NCBI GenBank assembly: GCA_902559355.1
Contig: CACEHM010000004.1
Coordinates: 18,679 to 82,678 of the forward strand
Origin: an uncultured Gammaproteobacteria bacterium
GTDB taxonomy: Bacteria; Pseudomonadota; Gammaproteobacteria; GCA-002705445; GCA-002716945
DNA: 64,000 nt
Direction: 5' to 3'
Below, piece by piece: positions 59,380-64,000 of the stretch. The translations under genes and the position numbers were made by a program. Every line of letters begins with the position of its first letter. Within the stretch, counting starts at the first letter, position 1. A model generated the notes under the pieces. That model saw only the letters and a program-made list of their open reading frames with translations, did no database searches and had not been told where the DNA came from.

Positions 59380-60810
59380 TTAAAGAATTCCTTGGATAAA
59401 AATAATAATCAATAATATTGGTGAAAATACTTTTATGATCATAAACCATGTATCTATAATGCCCTGATTAGCATGAAGTTCTTTTTTGACTATTGCCCTG
59501 TTCATAACATATCCAACAAATAGAGCCATTAATAATCCGCCTAATGGCAGCATAATTTTTGATGTTAAGTAATCAAGATTATCAAATATTGTCATACCAA
59601 AAATAGTAAATGAAGATAACTCATTAAAAGATAAAACCGTAAAGATGCCCAAAAACCATGTTAAGAATCCTAAAATATTCGTGGCGTATATTCGTGTAAC
59701 AGAGAATTTTTCAACAACAAATGTTATTGCAGGCTCTATTAAAGAAATTGATGAAGTGATAGCGGCAAAAAATAATAATATAAAAAATGCTGTGGATATG
59801 AAATATCCATAATCCATAGCGCCAAAAGCAATAGGTAATGTTTGAAATATTAATCCTGGACCTGCTGCACTTGGATCTAAATTATATGTAAAGACTATTG
59901 GGAATATTATTATACCTGCAAGTATAGCGACTAAAGTATCAGAAAAAGCGACAGCAGAGCTGACTTGAAAAACTGATGTGTCGTCGGGAAGATATGACCC
60001 ATAAACCATCAATGATCCCATCCCAATGCTTAGAGAAAAAAAAGCCATGCTCATAGCGGATAATATTACAGAACTATTAATTTTTTCAAAATCAACAATA
60101 AAGAAATAGTTCATTGCATCTGAGAAACCTTGGAGTGTTGATGAATATACAGCTAATCCTATCAAAATTATAAATAGCCCTGGTATTAAAAATTTGATAG
60201 CTTTTTCAATGCCACTTTTGATACCTCTTGAAACTATATAACACGTAAGTATCATAAATATTGTATGCCATAAAATTAATTTTTCAGGATCTGATATAAA
60301 GGATTCGAACTTTGCAGATGATCCAGCAGCAGTAATAAGTGTAAATGAACCAGACAAAGATTTAAAAATATAGGATATAGTCCAACCAGCTATAACACTA
60401 TAAAATGATAATATAAGTATCCCTGCCAATATACCCATCCATCCAATAAGTTCCCAGTTAGAGAATATGTCTATATCTTCAAATCTTTTTTTAGCTCTGG
60501 TAGTACGATTTAATAAATCATCAGATTGGTTCTTGAAATAAAAACTTGCTTCATTAGAGAGAGTTCTAAGGCTATTAATTGGGTTTTGTTTACCTCTTTT
60601 ACCAATTAATATTTCTGCAGCCATGATTGGCAGTGCAAGGAGTATAACGCTTAAAATATAAATTATAACGAACGCTCCGCCGCCATTTTCAGCTGTCATC
60701 CATGGGAATTTCCAAATATTTCCTAAACCGACAGCAGAACCGGTTGCTGCAAATATAAATAAAATCTTTGATGACCATTGGCCATGTATTGACAGTCTCT
60801 TATTAGATAT
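59380..60810 (-). CDS. sodium-dependent transporter, NSS/SNF family; start codon uncertain
   Basis: ENGGGAF and about 11 more TM segments. The conserved TM1 (WSSKILFIFAATGSAVGLGNIWKFPW) is in frame upstream of the first ATG (60699). The 60810 boundary assumes an ATA start 6 nt after AGGAGA. Confidence 0.8.
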   Translation of the reverse strand: MSNKRLSIHGQWSSKILFIFAATGSAVGLGNIWKFPWMTAENGGGAFVIIYILSVILLALPIMAAEILIGKRGKQNPINSLRTLSNEASFYFKNQSDDLLNRTTRAKKRFEDIDIFSNWELIGWMGILAGILILSFYSVIAGWTISYIFKSLSGSFTLITAAGSSAKFESFISDPEKLILWHTIFMILTCYIVSRGIKSGIEKAIKFLIPGLFIILIGLAVYSSTLQGFSDAMNYFFIVDFEKINSSVILSAMSMAFFSLSIGMGSLMVYGSYLPDDTSVFQVSSAVAFSDTLVAILAGIIIFPIVFTYNLDPSAAGPGLIFQTLPIAFGAMDYGYFISTAFFILLFFAAITSSISLIEPAITFVVEKFSVTRIYATNILGFLTWFLGIFTVLSFNELSSFTIFGMTIFDNLDYLTSKIMLPLGGLLMALFVGYVMNRAIVKKELHANQGIIDTWFMIIKVFSPILLIIIFIQGIL

Positions 60811-60859
60811 GAGATATCTCCTTTATGCTATAATTCATTATACCTTATGTGATGAAATT

Positions 60860-61306
60860 ATGAATGTCTTATGTAATAACAAGAAGGCGGGCTTTAAGTA
60901 CGCTTTTATTAAAAAACTTGAAGCGGGATTAGTGCTCTCAGGATGGGAAGTTAAAAGCCTTAAATCTGGTAATGGACAATTATCTGAGAGTTATATTTCT
61001 ATAAAAAAGGATGAAGTTTATTTATCAAATGCTCACATAAAATCTTTAAATACTAAAAATCAAACAACTCTTCAGGAGCCTACTGCAAACAGGAAACTTT
61101 TATTGAATCGAAAAGAAATAAATATGCTTCAAGGTCAAGTTAGTCAAAAAGGTTTGACGATAGTTCCGCTAAAGATATATTCAAAAAATGGAATCATTAA
61201 AATTGAGATTGCATTATCGAAAGGGAAAAAGTTACATGATAAAAGAGAGGATCAGAAAAATAAGGATTGGCAAAGACAAAAAGACAGACTAAAGAAGTTA
61301 ATATAA
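60860..61306 (+). CDS. smpB: SsrA-binding protein
   Basis: NKKAGFKYAFIKKLEAGLVLSGWEVKSLK matches the SmpB N-terminus, so ATG 60860 is preferred over the track's 60809. Confidence 0.9.
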   Translation: MNVLCNNKKAGFKYAFIKKLEAGLVLSGWEVKSLKSGNGQLSESYISIKKDEVYLSNAHIKSLNTKNQTTLQEPTANRKLLLNRKEINMLQGQVSQKGLTIVPLKIYSKNGIIKIEIALSKGKKLHDKREDQKNKDWQRQKDRLKKLI

Positions 61307-61307
61307 A

Positions 61308-61949
61308 TCATTTAAAATATGATTCATGCAAAATAACATCGTCACTACTTGCCTTGATAACTTTGAAATCCTTAGTTGAAGTGTCAATATCATCGTCTTG
61401 AATACCCTGTTCTACAGATAAGTCATTAAAGTTGTTTTGCCCTATTGTAAGCTTTAGGTAAACATATGCCAGTAGTCTTGCGTCTAATAATGCTCCATGA
61501 ATATTTCTGTCAGAGTTATCAACGGAGTAACGCTCACAAAGGGCATCTAGAGTATTTCTTTTACCTGGACTTATTTTTCTAGCAAGTTTGAGGCTATCAA
61601 TAATCTCGTTATTTATGAAATTATCTTTTCTTTTAAGATAACCAAATTCTTTTTTTAAAAATCCAATATCAAAAGGAGCATTATGAATTATTAATGGTGA
61701 ATCAGCTATGTATTCAAGAAACTCATCATAAATATCATGAAAGATAGGTTTGTCTCTTAGGCTACTTGCGGTCATACCGTGGACTTTTGATGCTTCAATA
61801 TCAATCTCGCGTAATGGATTAATATATTTATGAAAACTATTGTCTGTTACTTTTCTGTTATTTATTTCTATACAACCAATTTCAATAATTTTATGCCCAT
61901 CATCTGGATCGAGACCCGTCGTCTCTGTATCAAGTACGACATATCTCAT
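61308..61949 (-). CDS. dnaQ: DNA polymerase III epsilon subunit (3'-5' exonuclease)
   Basis: Exo I VVLDTETTGL, Exo II HNAPFDIGFL, Exo III HGALLDARLLAYVY. Confidence 0.9.
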   Translation of the reverse strand: MRYVVLDTETTGLDPDDGHKIIEIGCIEINNRKVTDNSFHKYINPLREIDIEASKVHGMTASSLRDKPIFHDIYDEFLEYIADSPLIIHNAPFDIGFLKKEFGYLKRKDNFINNEIIDSLKLARKISPGKRNTLDALCERYSVDNSDRNIHGALLDARLLAYVYLKLTIGQNNFNDLSVEQGIQDDDIDTSTKDFKVIKASSDDVILHESYFK

Positions 61950-62383
61950 TTAGCAATCGCTCCAGTTGCAAGTTTATCCGCCATATTATTATAAATAGAA
62001 TCATTGGAATCGCCACTTTGATGTGCTTTTACCCATGTCCATTTAATGTCTCTTGATACATTATATTCATCAAGCTTTAACCAAAGATCTTTATTTGCAA
62101 CAGGTTTTTTAGTGCTAGTAATCCAATTCTTTTTTTTCCAATTTATAATCCATTCCGTAATGCCCTTTTGTACATAGGTAGAGTCGGTATGCAACATAAT
62201 AGATTCATTTATATCTACCGATTCAATAGCTTTGATTGCTGCAGTTAATTCCATTCTGTTGTTAGTTGTAGCATCTTCACTTCCTGAGAAAGATTTAGTA
62301 TTTTCACCGTCTATTATCACAAAACCCCACCCGCCAGGTCCAGGATTTCCGCTGCAAGCGCCATCTGTGTAGATTTTAATCAT
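61946..62383 (-). CDS. rnhA: ribonuclease HI
   Basis: IYTDGACSGNPGPGGWG, TNNRMEL, TDSTYV. Confidence 0.9.
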   Translation of the reverse strand: MIKIYTDGACSGNPGPGGWGFVIIDGENTKSFSGSEDATTNNRMELTAAIKAIESVDINESIMLHTDSTYVQKGITEWIINWKKKNWITSTKKPVANKDLWLKLDEYNVSRDIKWTWVKAHQSGDSNDSIYNNMADKLATGAIAK

Positions 62384-63114
62384 ACATTATTCTTCGCAAG
62401 ATTAGAGACCTTATAATTTTTATTGAAAACTATTTTATGTGGAGTTAATGGAATTACTCTTTTTCTATAAGTAAACATTGCGAGTCCACCAAACTGATTT
62501 CTAATGATTTTATGGAAGAAGGATATGTGACTAAGAAATGATGTTATATTTTTTCCTAAGTAAGGCATGAGACCAAATGTTTTTTGATAATTAGTTTTGT
62601 ATTCTAGAATCTTAAACCACTCTTTAATTATATAAGGTGATAAGAATCTTATATTCCATGGCGGTTTTGAAGAAAATATTTTTACTAAAGACCATAGACT
62701 ATATTTATTAAAACCTATTACAATAATGGTCGCATCATCTGTTGCTATGCGATCAATCTCACGCATTAAAAGATAAGGATTTTCTGTATATTCTAAGCCA
62801 TGAGACAACACTATGACATCATGAGAATTATCTTCAAAGGGTAAATTCTTTGATAAATTAGCACTTGATATTAAGACATCTTCATCAATACTAAAAAATG
62901 TACCGCTTTTATTTTTCTGGAATAATTTCTTATATTCAGTTGAACCACAAAACAGTGTATGTCGTCCCTGATAAAGATCTTTAATAGATTCTAGTTCATT
63001 TAAAATAATCTTTTTATAGTGTTGCCCTGCAGGATTTTTATACCATTTCTTAAGTTGAGTCTTTGTAGTATTGTTCTCTTGGAGGATCATCTCTATAGTA
63101 TTAAATAATACCAT
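62380..63114 (-). CDS. class I SAM-dependent methyltransferase (YafS-like by position)
   Basis: HDVIVLSHGLEYTENP. Lies between mltD and rnhA as in other gammaproteobacteria. Confidence 0.5.
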   Translation of the reverse strand: MVLFNTIEMILQENNTTKTQLKKWYKNPAGQHYKKIILNELESIKDLYQGRHTLFCGSTEYKKLFQKNKSGTFFSIDEDVLISSANLSKNLPFEDNSHDVIVLSHGLEYTENPYLLMREIDRIATDDATIIVIGFNKYSLWSLVKIFSSKPPWNIRFLSPYIIKEWFKILEYKTNYQKTFGLMPYLGKNITSFLSHISFFHKIIRNQFGGLAMFTYRKRVIPLTPHKIVFNKNYKVSNLAKNNV

Positions 63115-63131
63115 ATGATAAATTGATAAGG

Positions 63132-64000
63132 GTGTATAAAAAATATATTTTTATAGCTGCATTATTAGTTATATCAGGTTGTCAGCAAACATCTATTGGT
63201 CTAGGTCAATACACTATAGATACCCCTTCATTTAGTTCATTTAGCACGTGCGATACTAAAACTCTAAAAAATAAAGAATTTAATAACCTTTGGCATAGAA
63301 TGCGGTCAGGCTTCTGTTTTAATAGTATTAATTCATCAAGAATTTCTCAAGAATTAAAATGGATGAAAAAAAACAAAGAATTCGTATATAGATCAATAGA
63401 AAGATCAAAGCCGTACCTTTTTCATATACTCAGCTATCTAGAACAAAAGAATCTACCGCATGAACTAGCACTATTGCCAATGGTAGAAAGCGGGTTTCAG
63501 CCTTTTGCTTATTCTTCATCAAGGGCAGCAGGTATATGGCAATTTATACCTCCCACAGCAAGAGAATACGGTTTAAAAATGAACTGGCACTATGATGGAA
63601 GAAGAGATGTATTAGAATCAACAAAAGCTGCCACACATTTTCTTAGTGATATGCATCGTCATTTTAAGGGAAACTGGTTATTAGCAATTGCATCCTATAA
63701 CACAGGTGCTGGGAACGTGGGCAAAGCAATAAATAAGGCAAATAATATTTTTTCAAAACCTTCCTATTGGGACCTTGATTTACCGAGAGAGACGGAACTA
63801 TATGTTCCTCGATTATTAGCCCTTGCAAAAATTGTAAATAATCCGTCAAAATATGGTTTCAAATTGACAAATATCAAAAATCAAAATTATACTAAAAAAG
63901 TAAGCTTTCAAGACCCCATAGATTTTCAAACGCTCTCTGTTATTACTGGCGTAAGTGAAAAAGAATTGATGAATCTTAACCCTGGATATAGTACTTGGAT
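63132..64000 (+). CDS. mltD: membrane-bound lytic murein transglycosylase D-like lipoprotein (partial, runs off the right edge)
   Basis: Not in the ORF track because there is no stop. My translation: lipobox signal (M)YKKYIFIAALLVISGC, then SLT domain LLPMVESGFQPFAYSSSRAAGIWQFIPPTAREYGL, ASYNTGAGNV, ETELYVPR, and the start of a LysM-like repeat. Start is GTG 63132 or TTG 63123. Confidence 0.8.
   Translation, partial: MYKKYIFIAALLVISGCQQTSIGLGQYTIDTPSFSSFSTCDTKTLKNKEFNNLWHRMRSGFCFNSINSSRISQELKWMKKNKEFVYRSIERSKPYLFHILSYLEQKNLPHELALLPMVESGFQPFAYSSSRAAGIWQFIPPTAREYGLKMNWHYDGRRDVLESTKAATHFLSDMHRHFKGNWLLAIASYNTGAGNVGKAINKANNIFSKPSYWDLDLPRETELYVPRLLALAKIVNNPSKYGFKLTNIKNQNYTKKVSFQDPIDFQTLSVITGVSEKELMNLNPGYSTW

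Noticed and set aside
63664-63849. 61-aa minus-strand ORF, the only track entry in the last 900 nt.
   Set aside because: The + strand frame from 63132 encodes a clear MltD-type SLT domain across this region and runs open to the window end. The minus ORF is a shadow.
1-64000. Search for CRISPR arrays, IS elements, integrases, prophage genes, toxin-antitoxin pairs or known defence-system signatures.
   Set aside because: I saw no spaced direct repeats and no transposase, integrase, nuclease-helicase or NTPase-type ORFs outside housekeeping genes. The ratA-like gene is the conserved SRPBCC/rnfH pair, not an accessory TA module.

Overview
AT-rich (about 30% G+C by eye, not computed), very gene-dense bacterial chromosome segment: about 71 CDS and 2 tRNAs in 64 kb, with many 1-25 nt gene overlaps. 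The core gene order is gammaproteobacterial: pncC-recA-recX-alaS-lysC-csrA-tRNA-Ser; mltD/methyltransferase-rnhA-dnaQ; smpB/ratA-rnfH-fur; hrcA-grpE-dnaK-dnaJ-dapB joined directly to fabD-fabG-acpP-fabF-pabC-tmk-holB. This fits a streamlined, sunlit-water marine lineage (two photolyase-family genes), but taxonomy is inference only. Nt 1-29400 is a surface-glycan (O-antigen/capsule-type) island. It has an initiating phosphoglycosyl transferase, GT2/GT4/GT9 glycosyltransferases, an EpsG/Wzy-like polymerase, an MsbA/PglK-like ABC exporter, an acetyltransferase and a methyltransferase. It also has a GDP-heptose activation and 6-deoxy-modification module. Its oddest part is three unrelated thiamine-diphosphate enzyme systems back to back (mini E1 alpha/beta, an acetolactate-synthase-like enzyme, a split transketolase), followed by an atypical SDR and an AspC-type aminotransferase. 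fhs and rfbB close the island. Next come a tungstate-type ABC operon (tupBCA order) and a photolyase-related gene with a DCC-family gene and a 50-aa zinc-ribbon ORF absent from the ORF track. A 12.5 kb co-directional housekeeping array follows, then ispG, sseA, tRNA-Arg(UCU), rmuC, phrB, tRNA-Ser(GCU) and the recA region. An NSS transporter has its conserved TM1 encoded upstream of any canonical start codon. An mltD-like gene runs off the right edge. I saw no rRNA, CRISPR array, transposase, integrase or recognisable defence system. All calls rest on by-eye motif reading and synteny; no searches or computations were run.
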